Below the pieces are notes generated by a model, which ran no database searches, was not told the DNA's origin, and was given only the letters and a program-made list of their open reading frames with translations. The translations under genes were made by a program, and so were the position numbers. Of a stretch of 64,000 nucleotides of DNA, positions 27,501 through 37,582 are shown piece after piece (the first letter of the stretch is position 1; each line of letters starts with the position of its first letter). This DNA comes from Pecten maximus. Taxonomy: Eukaryota. The DNA is taken from the NCBI RefSeq assembly GCF_902652985.1, contig NC_047030.1:29078001-29142000 (forward strand), given 5' to 3'.

Positions 27501-30500
27501 GGGAGCTCCCAATACCTACCAGAGTTTTATGTTTCCTACGTTAGAAGGCAGGGGAGCTCCCTATACCTACCAGAGTATTATATTTCCTACGTTAGAAGAC
27601 GGGGGAGTTCCCAATACCTACCAGAGTTTTATATTTCCTACGTTAGAAGACAGGGGAGCTCCCTATACCTACCAGAGTTTTATGTTTCCTACGTTAGAAG
27701 ACGGGGGAGTTCCCTATACCTACCAGTTTTATATTTCCTATGTTAGAAGACAGGGGAGTTCCCAATACCTACCAGAGTTTTATGTTTCCTACGTTAGAAG
27801 ACAGGGGAGTTCCCTATACCTACCAGTTTTATATTTCCTATGTTAGAAGATAGGGGAGTTCCCAATACCTACCAGAGTTTTATATTTCCTACGTTAGAAG
27901 ACAGGGGAGTTCCCAATACCTACCAGTTTTATGTTTCCTACGTTAGAAGACAGGGGAGTTCCCAATACCTACCAGTTTTATGTTTCCTACGTTAGAAGAC
28001 AGGGGAGTTCCCAATACCTACCAGTTTTATATTTCCTACGTTAGAAGGCAGGGGAGTTCCCAATACCTACCAGTTTTATATTTCCTATGTTAGAAGACAG
28101 GGGAGCTCCCTATACCTACCAGTTTTATGTTTCCTACGTTAGAAGACAGGGGAGTTCCCAATACCTACCAGTTTTATATTTCCTACGTTAGAAGACAGGG
28201 GAGCTCCCAATACCTACCAGTTTTATATTTCCTACGTTAGAAGACGGGGGAGTTCCCAATACCTACCAGAGTTTTATATTTCCTACGTTAGAAGACAGGG
28301 GAGTTCCCAATACCTACCAGTTTTATGTTTCCTACGTTAGAAGACAGGGGAGTTCCCAATACCTACCAGTTTTATGTTTCCTATGTTAGAAGACAGGGGA
28401 GTTCCCAATACCTACCAGTTTTATGTTTCCTACGTTAGAAGACAGGGGAGTTCCCAATACCTACCAGTTTTATATTTCCTACGTTAGAAGACAGGGGAGC
28501 TCCCTATACCTACCAGAGTTTTATGTTTCCTACGTTAGAAGACGGGGGAGTTCCCAATACCTACCAGAGTTTTATATTTCCTACGTTAGAAGACAGGGGA
28601 CTTCCCTATACCTACCAGTTTTATATTTCCTGCGTTAGAAGACAGGGGAGTTCCCAATACCTACCAGTTTTATATTTCCTGCGTTAGAAGACAGGGGAGT
28701 TCCCAATACCTACCAGTTTTATATTTCCTGCGTTAGAAGACGGGGGAGCTCCCAATACCTTCCAGTTTTATATTTCCTATGTTAGAAGACAGGGGAGCTC
28801 CCTATACCTACCAGTTTTATATTTCCTACGTTAGAAGACAGGGGAGTTCCCAATACCTACCAGAGTTTTATGTTTCCTACGTTAGAAGACAGGGGAGCTC
28901 CCAATACCTACCAGAGTTTTATGTTTCCTACGTTAGAAGACAGGGGAGCTCCCTATACCTACCAGTTTTATATTTCCTACGTTAGAAGACAGGGGAGCTC
29001 CCTATACCTACCAGTTTTATATTTCCTATGTTAGAAGACAGGGGAGTTCCCAATACCTACCAGAGTTTTATGTTTCCTACGTTAGAAGACAGGGGAGCTC
29101 CCAATACCTACCAGTTTTATGTTTCCTACGTTAGAAGACAGGGGAGTTCCCAATACCTACCAGTTTTATATTTCCTACGTTAGAAGACAGGGGAGCTTCC
29201 TATACCTACCAGTTTTATATTTCCTACGTTAGAAGACAGGGGAGCTTCCTATACCTACCAGAGTTTTATGTTTCCTGTTAAGGTGATTTCAAACACTAGA
29301 TAAGTGAAGTATTCACAAGTGAATTGTTTCCGTTTCCTCATTTGGAATTAAAAAATTTAGAAAATCTAGTTTTTATAAAGCATTTCATTACTCTGTATAA
29401 CAGTACAGTACACATAGATAAAAGGTTAGTGATATCTTCCTCCCAAACTTTCTCTAAGATTCTGCTAAAGTTTGACTTTTTTGTTGTTGACAGCCTCCAC
29501 ATGCAATCATGAACTTTGTGGTACGTTACCGTCCTGAAGAGCAGCCGTTCCTTAGACCTCACCACGATTCATCTACATTTACCATTAATGTAGCTCTCAA
29601 CACACCAAACGTAGACTTCGAGGTAAGGAACTGGGACCTACAGTTTGTCGGATGTTATCAGCACCCAGTATCATTTGTCGGTTATTAATAGAAAATGTAC
29701 TCATACTTACATGCTGGGACAATCACAGGGTCCAGTAGTACATCAGGACCCTGTGATACTTATACCCTGCTACAATGTTTATGTCCTGTCTGTCTGTCCA
29801 TCACATTTTTGACATTATTCTAGTGGCTGTATCTATTGACAGATAAAACTTTACACATATGTTAACATTGGATATAGGGATGCTTAAAATATCAGTGTAG
29901 TCGAGGGGCCGCGGTGGCAGAGTGGTTAATGTGTCCCGACACTTTATCACTAGCCGTCCACCTCTGGTTGGAGAGTTCGAAACCTACATGGGGCAGTTGC
30001 CAGGTACTGACTGTAGGCCGTTGGTTTTTCTCCGGGTACTCAGGCTTTCCTCCACCTCCAAAACCTGGCACGTCCTTAAATGACCCTGGCTGTTAATAGG
30101 ACGTTAAACAAAAACAAACCAAATCAGTGTAGTCAATCATTGGTCAAGGTCACTGTAACTTAAGACAGGAAAAAATGTCAGAGTTACGTTTGCATTCAAA
30201 AGAATCATAGTGGGCCAATTTAACTGAATTAGTAGTATTTAAATTACATGTACTCTAAGGAAAGGAAAAAAAAATTGCACTTGCCAATCGGGTTAGTAAT
30301 CACCAATATTTACTAGCCCACAGACCAAACCAACTGGGCCATCTAGCCTTTGTTTTTATTTCTTGCCCTGTAACTAAAAGTAGAATTTCATCAAAACTTT
30401 AAAGTTTTGTATTTATAAACCATATTTGTGTGACAATATCAAATTTTATATAATAAGAATGTGATAATGAAATGGAATCAATAAACACAGGTTTCTGTGT

Positions 30501-31817
30501 TTCTCTTTACATGTACTAGGAATGTCTATACAGTAGCCTGGAGGGGCGTTGTTGATACTAGGAATGTCTATACAGTAGCCTGGTGGGGCGTTGTTGATAC
30601 TAGGAATGTCTATACAGTAGCCTGGTGGGGCGTTGTTGATACTAGGAATGTCTATACAGTAGCCTGGTGGGGCGTTGTTGATACTAGGAATGTCTATACA
30701 GTAGCCTGGTGGGGCGTTGTTGATACTAGGAATGTCTATACAGTAGCCTGGTGGGGCGTTGTTGATACTAGGAATGTCTATACAGTAGCCTGGTGGGGCG
30801 TTGTTGATACTAGGAATGTCTATACAGTAGCCTGGTGGGGCGTTGTTGATACTAGGAATGTCTATACAGTAGCCTGGTGGGGCGTTGTTGATACTAGGAA
30901 TGTCTATACAGTAGCCTGGTGGGGCGTTGTTGATACTAGGAATGTCTATACAGTAGCCTGGTGGGGCGTTGTTGATACTAGGAATGTCTATACAGTAGCC
31001 TGGAGGGGCGTTGTTGATACTAGGAATGTCTATACAGTAGCCTGGTGGGGCGTTGTTGATACTAGGAATGTCTATACAGTAGCCTGGTGGGGCGTTGTTG
31101 ATACTAGGAATGTCTATACAGTAGCCTGGAGGGGCGTTGTTGATACTAGGAATGTCTATACAGTAGCCTGGAGGGGCGTTGTTGATACTAGGAATGTCTA
31201 TACAGTAGCCTGGTGGGGCGTTGTTGATACTAGGAATGTCTATACAGTAGCCTGGTGGGGCGTTGTTGATACTAGGAATGTCTATACAGTAGCCTGGTGG
31301 GGCGTTGTTGATACTAGGAATGTCTATACAGTAGCCTGGTGGGGCGTTGTTGATACTAGGAATGTCTATACAGTAGCCTGGAGGGGCGTTGTTGATACTA
31401 GGAATGTCTATACAGTAGCCTGGTGGGGCGTTGTTGATACTAGGAATGTCTATACAGTAGCCTGGAGGGGCGTTGTTGATACTAGGAATGTCTATACAGT
31501 AGCCTGGAGGGGCGTTGTTGATACTAGGAATGTCTATACAGTAGCCTGGTGGGGCGTTGTTGATACTAGGAATGTCTATACAGTAGCCTGGTGGGGCGTT
31601 GTTGATCTCTAGTTACATATATTGTTTGTGGCCGTTTATAAGTCTGATTCTGTTTCCACAGGGAGGTGGCTGTAGATTTATACGGTACAACTGCAGCGTC
31701 CAATCAACAAAAAAAGGCTGGATGTTGATGCACCCAGGAAGGCTGACACATTACCATGAAGGACTGCATACCACAAAAGGCACACGTTACATCATGGTGT
31801 CATTCATTGACCCATAA
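6475..31817 (+). CDS. PLOD: Procollagen-lysine,2-oxoglutarate 5-dioxygenase (multifunctional lysyl hydroxylase/glycosyltransferase); 5'-partial, 16 exons in window
   Basis: 16 GT-AG exons join in frame (1770 nt). Family motifs: [88 protein letters not shown] (HxD), [23 protein letters not shown]. Confidence 0.97.
6745..6857 (+). CDS. PLOD: PLOD exon ([13 protein letters not shown]...[17 protein letters not shown])
   Basis: ctgcag acceptor, gtaagt donor, poly-Asp loop of the GT domain. Confidence 0.95.
8076..8139 (+). CDS. PLOD: PLOD exon ([21 protein letters not shown])
   Basis: polyT-ccttag acceptor, gtgaga donor, IFQNL motif. Confidence 0.93.
8114..8400 (+). repeat. ~66-83-bp tandem repeat x4 spanning a PLOD exon end and donor
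   Basis: atttcagaaccttcacggtgttttag|gtgagaact...ctaactctgggacgc. Confidence 0.9.
8938..9480 (+). mobile_element. Degenerate HINE-like element, second family (5' part)
   Basis: ttttagctcacct...aagtgagctt head; gacctgatattgggcctgtagcatgct / aatgaccttgacc core shared with 40116-41710. Confidence 0.6.
9485..10750. mobile_element. Non-autonomous Tc1/mariner-type DNA transposon (MITE), 1266 bp
   Basis: 26-bp TIRs CGGTAAACCTCCaaTTAaTTCGAACA and (reverse complement) CGGTAAACCTCCggTTAgTTCGAACA; TA on both flanks (9483-84, 10751-52); no transposase ORF. Confidence 0.85.
10809..10906 (+). CDS. PLOD: PLOD exon (GNVDLKF...[11 protein letters not shown])
   Basis: caacag acceptor, gtaaaa donor, HGNG motif. 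Confidence 0.93.
10901..11436 (+). repeat. 42-46-bp tandem repeat x12 starting at a PLOD exon end and donor
   Basis: atcaag|gtaataaatacgccctagaaatgttggatgaaatgttcgt. Confidence 0.93.
11790..13008. repeat. 34-bp purine-rich tandem repeat x~36
   Basis: agtaataaatggagagacagaaagtaacggagaa. Confidence 0.96.
13071..13172 (+). CDS. PLOD: PLOD exon ([14 protein letters not shown]...CQSC...RDVK)
   Basis: tttcag acceptor, gtaatg donor, phase 0/0. Confidence 0.93.
13207..13845. repeat. 35-bp tandem repeat x~18
   Basis: aatcacaggtgattctcattaaagctgacagtgta. Confidence 0.95.
13855..15030. repeat. 25-bp tandem repeat x~48
   Basis: tgtgtagtgatgtggaacacctctg. Confidence 0.96.
15101..15232 (+). CDS. PLOD: PLOD exon ([20 protein letters not shown]...LFVHNK)
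   Basis: gtacag acceptor, gttagt donor, EQPTPFL motif. Confidence 0.94.
15716..15837 (+). CDS. PLOD: PLOD exon (VKLHDKTV...QARNWA)
   Basis: ttctag acceptor, gtaagt donor, ends phase 2. Confidence 0.92.
15864..17950. repeat. 21-bp tandem repeat x~100, fills almost the whole intron
   Basis: gaatattgtccactacacagt. Confidence 0.96.
17984..18085 (+). CDS. PLOD: PLOD exon ([15 protein letters not shown]...LIETN)
   Basis: ttacag acceptor, gtatag donor, phase 2/2. Confidence 0.92.
18344..18604. repeat. 35-bp tandem repeat x~7.5
   Basis: ctgttagggcctacaatatcataaacatgtatgct. Confidence 0.94.
18627..18752 (+). CDS. PLOD: PLOD exon ([19 protein letters not shown]...[11 protein letters not shown])
   Basis: ttacag acceptor, gtaagc donor, highly conserved motif. 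Confidence 0.95.
18762..18846. repeat. 31-bp tandem repeat x~2.7
   Basis: acaattgttaattatggataattctagctga, starting ~10 nt after a donor. Confidence 0.85.
19247..19379 (+). CDS. PLOD: PLOD exon ([10 protein letters not shown]...[13 protein letters not shown])
   Basis: ttccag acceptor, gtgaga donor. Confidence 0.95.
19538..19651 (+). CDS. PLOD: PLOD exon (ETFMFVSN...[12 protein letters not shown])
   Basis: polyT-tttcag acceptor, gtatgt donor. Confidence 0.94.
19681..19984. repeat. 50-bp tandem repeat x6
   Basis: catgctgtagtaagacctattatctatatttatttacaaagttatgagtt. Confidence 0.95.
20021..20089 (+). CDS. PLOD: PLOD exon ([23 protein letters not shown])
   Basis: tttcag acceptor, gtgagt donor. 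Confidence 0.93.
20192..20641. repeat. 30-bp tandem repeat x15
   Basis: tacacacaggtatgggagataactctatac. Confidence 0.95.
20665..20775 (+). CDS. PLOD: PLOD exon (PCPDVFWFP...WSGGRNSHK)
   Basis: ctgtag acceptor, gtcagt donor. Confidence 0.95.
21558..21704 (+). CDS. PLOD: PLOD exon ([24 protein letters not shown]...GYFHD)
   Basis: ttacag acceptor, gtaagt donor. Confidence 0.95.
21875..29277. repeat. 49/51-bp satellite, 7.4 kb (~150 copies), intronic
   Basis: ttagaagacaggggagttcccaatacctacc(ag)agttttatatttcctacg. Confidence 0.97.
29494..29622 (+). CDS. PLOD: PLOD exon with Fe(II)-binding HxD ([36 protein letters not shown]...DFE)
   Basis: tgacag acceptor, gtaagg donor. Confidence 0.96.
29903..30122 (+). 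mobile_element. tRNA-derived SINE (V-domain-like), full length
   Basis: A box TGGCAGAGTGG, B box GTTCGAAAC, central ttctccgggtactcaggctttcctccac, A/C-rich tail; 12-bp TSD ATCAGTGTAGTC at 29891-29902 and 30123-30134. Confidence 0.88.
30514..31606. repeat. 42-bp near-perfect tandem repeat x26
   Basis: tactaggaatgtctatacagtagcctgg(t/a)ggggcgttgttga. Confidence 0.97.
31662..31817 (+). CDS. PLOD: PLOD terminal coding exon ([11 protein letters not shown]...HEGL...[10 protein letters not shown])
   Basis: ccacag acceptor; distal His and 2-OG-binding Arg; TAA stop. Confidence 0.96.
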   Translation, partial: GGGCRFIRYNCSVQSTKKGWMLMHPGRLTHYHEGLHTTKGTRYIMVSFIDP

Positions 31818-31920
31818 ACAACATAACGTCATGGTGTCATTCATAGAACCATAAACAACGGGACATCATGATGTCATTCATAGATCTGTTAACAACATAA
31901 TGTCATGGTGTCATTCATAA
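31788..31920 (+). repeat. Degenerate ~38-bp repeat x4 covering the PLOD C-terminal codons and stop
   Basis: tcatggtgtcattcat recurs at about 31792, 31829, 31866 and 31903. Confidence 0.8.
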
Positions 31921-32013
31921 ACTGCTTATTTTTTCATAGACCCTTAAATACAAGCTTTCATATGTAATGTCTTAAATTATTAATCACAGTTAAAAGGTAA
32001 TAATCGGACCATA

Positions 32014-32019
32014 AATAAA
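32014..32019 (+). promoter_or_regulatory. Candidate PLOD polyadenylation signal
   Basis: First AATAAA I see, ~200 nt after the stop; AT-rich context makes it weak evidence. Confidence 0.3.
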
Positions 32020-32957
32020 GTTTCACATTTTCTGGTAAATTGCGTCAATCTCTATACTATAAACTGGTCAGCTTGGGGTTGAATTTCTCTATGTAGTAAA
32101 TATAGCTGACTTAAGAAACATCAATATGTATTTGCTTTTTACACAGATGTACCATATGTTGCACTAAATGAAATGTGTCATAAAAATGTCTTGGAAAAGA
32201 GAGAGATTAACTTGTCGGGAGGTTATTTATTAAGAATACTTACCATCAAATACAATATCTACACAGTGGACAAGTGTTCACTGATGTTTACAATCGTTTA
32301 TTATATTTTTATAAAAATTTCAGTTAAGAATGTGATATTTGTGAAATCATTTTTCTGCTGTTTATGTCTGATTTTATTTGATATATAAAAGAGATAATGA
32401 TTAAATTTGTATTATCTTGCAATATGATGAAAGTGAAGTGATAGAGTGTAAGATGTTAGATACTGGTCAATATAGAGTCACAACTACTACAGTAGATTTC
32501 AAAAGTGTTAATTTTGATATTTTAAAGATTCTGTAGGGAATTTTTATTCTTGAAATAGACCACATTTGTCAAAAAACCATAAAAACAAAAAACAAACCAT
32601 ATATATATACAGAGATATATTTCTGTCTTGTATATGTATGTAATATACCTAGTTAGAGGCTGTTCACACAGCTGTAGTAAGATAGTATCAAGTGTTTACA
32701 AAGATAGATTCTGTATATGTATATACACACAGCAGTATTTCTACAGAAGTGGTACATTCTGTTTTTGAAGTTTCTAGCTAACACACCATATATATGTATA
32801 TTGTAGATTTTTCACTGCCATATATAGATGTTTTATTAATGCTACCTATATCTGCCGTCCATCACTATCTACCTGTTGTAATGGAAACCTGAATATATTT
32901 CCTAATCTGCTCACCATATTCAGGTTGACCTTGCAGGTTCTGCTGCTGACATTTCTA

Positions 32958-33606
32958 TCAGACCTCCACTCAGAGACCGAACAGACCTCCACTCAGAGAC
33001 CAAACAGACCTCCACTCAGAGACCAAACAGACCTCCACTCAGAACAGACCTCCACTCAGAGACCAAACAGACCTCCACTCAAAACAGACCTCCACTCAGA
33101 ACAGACCTCCACTCAGAGACCAAACAGACCTCCACTCAAAACAGACCTCCACTCAGAACAGACCTCCACTCAGAGACTGAACAGACCTCCACTCAGAAAC
33201 CAAACAGAACTCCACTCAAAACAGACCTCCACTCAGAACAGACTTCCACTCAGAGACCGTACAGACCTCCACTTAGAGACCAAACTGACCTCCACTCAGA
33301 GACCGAACAGACCTCCACTCAGAGACCAAACAGACTTCCACTCAGAGACCAAACAGACTTCCACTCAAAACAGACCTCCACTCAGAGACCGAACAGACCT
33401 CCACTCAAAACAGACCTCCACTCAGAACAGACCTCCACTCAGAGACTGAACAGACCTCCACTCAGAGACCAAACTGACCTCCACTCAGAGACCAAACAGA
33501 CCTCCACTCAAAACAGACCTCCACTCAAAACAGACCTCCACTCAGAACAGACCTCCACTCAGAGACCAAACAGACTTCCACTCAGAGACCAAACAGACCT
33601 CCAGTC
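32958..33606. repeat. 18/23-bp tandem repeat
   Basis: cagacctccactcag(agacca)aa. Confidence 0.94.
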
Positions 33607-33611
33607 AGAAG

Positions 33612-34458
33612 CCTCTGATGTAGGACTTTACAGACCTCTGATGTAGGACTTTACAGACATCTGATGTAGGACTTTACAGACCTCTGATGTAGGACTTTAC
33701 AGACCTCTGATGTAGGACTTTACAGACCTCTGATGTAGCACTTTACAGACCTCTGATGTAGCACTTTACAGACCTTTGATGTAGGACTTTACAGACATCT
33801 GATGTAGGACTTTACAGACCTCTGATGTAGGACTTTACAGACCTCTGATGTAGCACTTTACAGACCTCTGATGTAGGACTTTATAGACCTCTGATGTAGG
33901 ACTTTATAGACCTCTGATGTAGGACTTTACAGACCTCTGATGTAGGACTTTACAGACCTCTGATGTAGGACTTTATCAGACCTCTGATGTAGGACTTTAT
34001 AAGACCTCTGATGTAGGACTTTACAGACCTCTGATGTAGGACTTTACAGACCTCTGATGTGACTTTAAGGACTCTGTGGACTTCATAGACCCTTGATTGT
34101 AGGACTTTACAGACCTCTGATGTAGGACTTTACAGACCTCTGATGTAGGACTTTACAGACCTCTGATGTAGGACTTTACAGACCTCTACTGTAGGACTTT
34201 ACAGGCCTCTGATGTAGGACTTACAGACCTCTGATGTAGGACTTTACAGAACCTCTGATGTAGGACTTTACCAGGACCTCTCGGCATTGTAGGATTTTAG
34301 ACCTCTGATGTAGGATTTTATAGACCTCTGATGTAGGACTTTACAGACCTCTGATGTAGGACTTTACAGACCTCTGATGTAGGACTTTACAGACCTCTGA
34401 TGTAGGATTTTACAGACCTCTGATGTAGGACTTTACAGACATCCACTGTAGGACTTTA
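33612..34458. repeat. ~23-bp tandem repeat x~37
   Basis: cagacctctgatgtaggacttta. Confidence 0.94.
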
Positions 34459-35829
34459 CTTTGATTGGCTGATAACATTTCCCCACCAATTGTCTTTGCT
34501 GTTAGTTTTATGGATCTCTTCATATTTTACTGAAATAATCAGTGATCTGTGGTGTCTCTGAAACAAAATTATATTGTGTAAAATGTTTAGTTGAATTTTC
34601 ATATTTTTCAATCAATTGGTTTCATATCAAAAATTTGTCACAAATTAATGCTTTCCATGTTGTCGTTTACTATTTGTATTGGGTACTAGCCTAGTAATAA
34701 ATTAAATAAAGTTTATTATTTTCACAAAGTATCCCACAAGATATTGGACATGTTGTAAAGGCATTGGGTGACATGTTTACTATTCAAATACTTACTAGAA
34801 ACATTTTATAATTACAAATTGTAAAAGCTGCTGTTGTCTGCCAGATGATATGTATATAGCATACAGTAGATTTTTTAGAATTAATATGTGCGGTAGCAAT
34901 CAAAATCTCATTTAATTAGCAGTATTTATCATGTAATAAGCACAGACACTAATACAAGGATCTAAATTGTGGGGATGGGCTTATCGGAGGACAATGCTAA
35001 AATATTTGTTTACAATGGTTACAGAATTGGGTGTGCTTATTGCTGTATAAATGTACTAGTTAACATAATTCACAAGCTAGGTATGATATTTGTCATCTTT
35101 CTATTTACAATGTCATAATTAGCTTCCATCAGTTTATTAAGTCCCCATATCTTCTTCCTACTTTTTTTTCCCCAAAAAAATCAAAGATAGCTGCCACAGT
35201 CTCTGATTGGTCAAAATCTAATAGTGATAATATATAGTATTGATATGGTGCATTGTAATTATATTTACATGTTTATAATAAAGGTGTATCGTCCAGTAAT
35301 ACTTAAGTTTATTATGGCTTACTCTGCTGTGGCTTCGATCATTAATGTTTACAGGGTACCATGAGGTTCTGATGTTAATCTCTCTCAAGGTAGTTTTATA
35401 CAGGAGGTATTATCATTAGAACTGGCATTGGTCTAAATGATCTATTTTCCCCAAGCATAAACAGATTTTTAAAAAAAAAAATTTACATTTACATAAATTA
35501 CTTAATTCACTTAAGATTTAATTTACATTGAGACGGTTGATCTCCCCAATATAATGTTATTGATTTGTGAGATAATTGCCTCAATAATGGAGAGGGTGCT
35601 TAGTTACCGCGGGTATTGTAATATAATTCATATTTGTGAATGACCTAGTTCCTGAATCAGACTATTAATTCACATGAAAATTACTTTCCCATGCACTTTA
35701 AGTGTAATACAGTAGTTGTATTTAATAGTTTCTTTGACAGAGTTTTGTTTCTCAGGCAAAAAAAGAATAATGTTGAATTTTATTATAAGAGGTAATTTCT
35801 ATATAACTGATCATTAGGTTGGTGCAATA

Positions 35830-36482
35830 TTTCCCGTTTGTTTGAATTCTATCTGACACTTCACAGAAATTTTTCAGTTTGTCTGAATTCTATCTCGCAC
35901 TTCACAGGAATTTTTCAGTTTGTCTGAATTCTATCCCGCACTTCACAGAAATTTTTCAGTTTGTCTGAATTCTATCCGATACTTAACAGGAATTTTCCCG
36001 TTTGTCTGAATTCTATCTCACACTTAACAGGAATTTTTTCCGTTTGTCTGAATTCTATCCGACACTTCACAGGAATTTACCCGTTTATCTGAATTCTATC
36101 CGATACTTAACAGGAATTTTCCTGTTTGTCTGAATTCTATCTGACACTTAACAAGAATTTTCCTGTTTGTCTGAATTCTATCTGACACTTAACAAGAATT
36201 TTCCTGTTTATCTGAATTCTATCCGATACTTAACAAGAATTTTCCTGTTTGTCAGAATTCTATCTGACACTTAACAAGAATTTTCCTGTTTATCTGAATT
36301 CTATCCGATACTTAACAAGAATTTTCCTGTTTGTCAGAATTCTATCTGACACTTAACAAGAATTTTTTCCGTTTGTCTGAATTCTATCTCACACTTAACA
36401 GGATTTTTTTCCGTTTGTCTGAATTCTATCCGATACTTAACAGGAATTTTCCTGTTTGCCTGAATTCCATCTCACACTTCAC
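35830..36482. repeat. ~41-bp tandem repeat x~16
   Basis: gaattctatctgacacttaacaggaattttcctgtttgtct. Confidence 0.93.
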
Positions 36483-37582
36483 ATGAAGACAACTGTTTTA
36501 AAGGTGAATCTGCTCACCTCTCATGCATTACCTGCTAACATATAATTGATGTTTTAATAGCCAGATGTTTCAATAAACTGTATATCTAAGAAATATATGC
36601 AATATTTATGTAGCATTTACTGCTTATAGAAGATCTAATGATTAATTATGGATTTCAATTCTGACTGATTACATGTTTTGGGTTGTCTGTGTTGGTGGGA
36701 GTGGACATTATTATAGTCGTCCTGTTAACAGTTACCCCCGCTATATTTGTTATTGATAAGAGAATTCTTGTCGGAGAACTGCTGAATGTTGAGGGGTCAG
36801 TATATATTTCTTCAGTAGATCAATGAACATTAATCTGAATGAAAATTACATCTGTGTGATATGATTATATCAAATGTCTTTCATGTAATAACAGATATTG
36901 AAAAATAAGTTTTTCTGGATTTTTTTTTTTTTTTTTGTAAATTTCGTTAATCTTACATTGTGATGCCAGAAATCTTGTGTACAGAGTACTGTAGGTTTTG
37001 AACTAAGTATGTGTCAGTATTTATCTGGGTCCAGTTGTCAAATTTATATATCTAGTCAAAGTATTGTTATTTTTTTAAAATGAATCTCAATTTGAATATT
37101 TGTTCATTGATCTTCGAGAAGGTTCATGAAAATTGGTGCCATGTTGATTGATGTTACAAGCCTAAATTTTGTCATATTTTTGCAGAATAAAATGTTATTT
37201 CATTTAAAAATGTTTTGTTTTATCAATAATCATATGACAATGTTAATACATTATGTATGTATTCGAGTTCCTGTTATTCAGAACTTTCAGACAATCTCTA
37301 CAAATACGGACCACATGATCAAGCAGAAGATGATGTTTGAGCGAGAGTATGATAATGTTAGGAAAAGGAACAGAAGGAAGATGAAAGAAGAGGACAGGGT
37401 GGGAACTCTCTTGGAAAGTCTTGATGAGAGACAACCTTGTTTATGATTGACTACACCTAATATAAAACATCAAAGTTTTGGATTTCATACTTGATTGAAA
37501 ATACACCTCTTGGTGAATAGTCCCCAAATGGGAACTGTCCGTCATTCCCTCCTTCCCCACTTCAGCTTGTCCTTATGTATAG

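Noticed and set aside
29903-29990. tRNA gene
   Set aside because: A/B boxes are present but continue into a SINE body and tail flanked by a TSD; I see no complete cloverleaf.
30538-31600. Chi-like CCTGGTGG / ACTGGTGG octamers in arrays
   Set aside because: One mismatch from the E. coli Chi site, and no established relevance in an animal genome.
30497-31612. 371-aa ORF ([14 protein letters not shown])n
   Set aside because: 42-bp repeat, a multiple of 3, inside the last PLOD intron; the flanking exons already join in frame.
33970-34320. Indel-rich patch in the 23-bp array as a distinct subfamily
   Set aside because: Scattered single-base indels look like local sequencing or consensus error.
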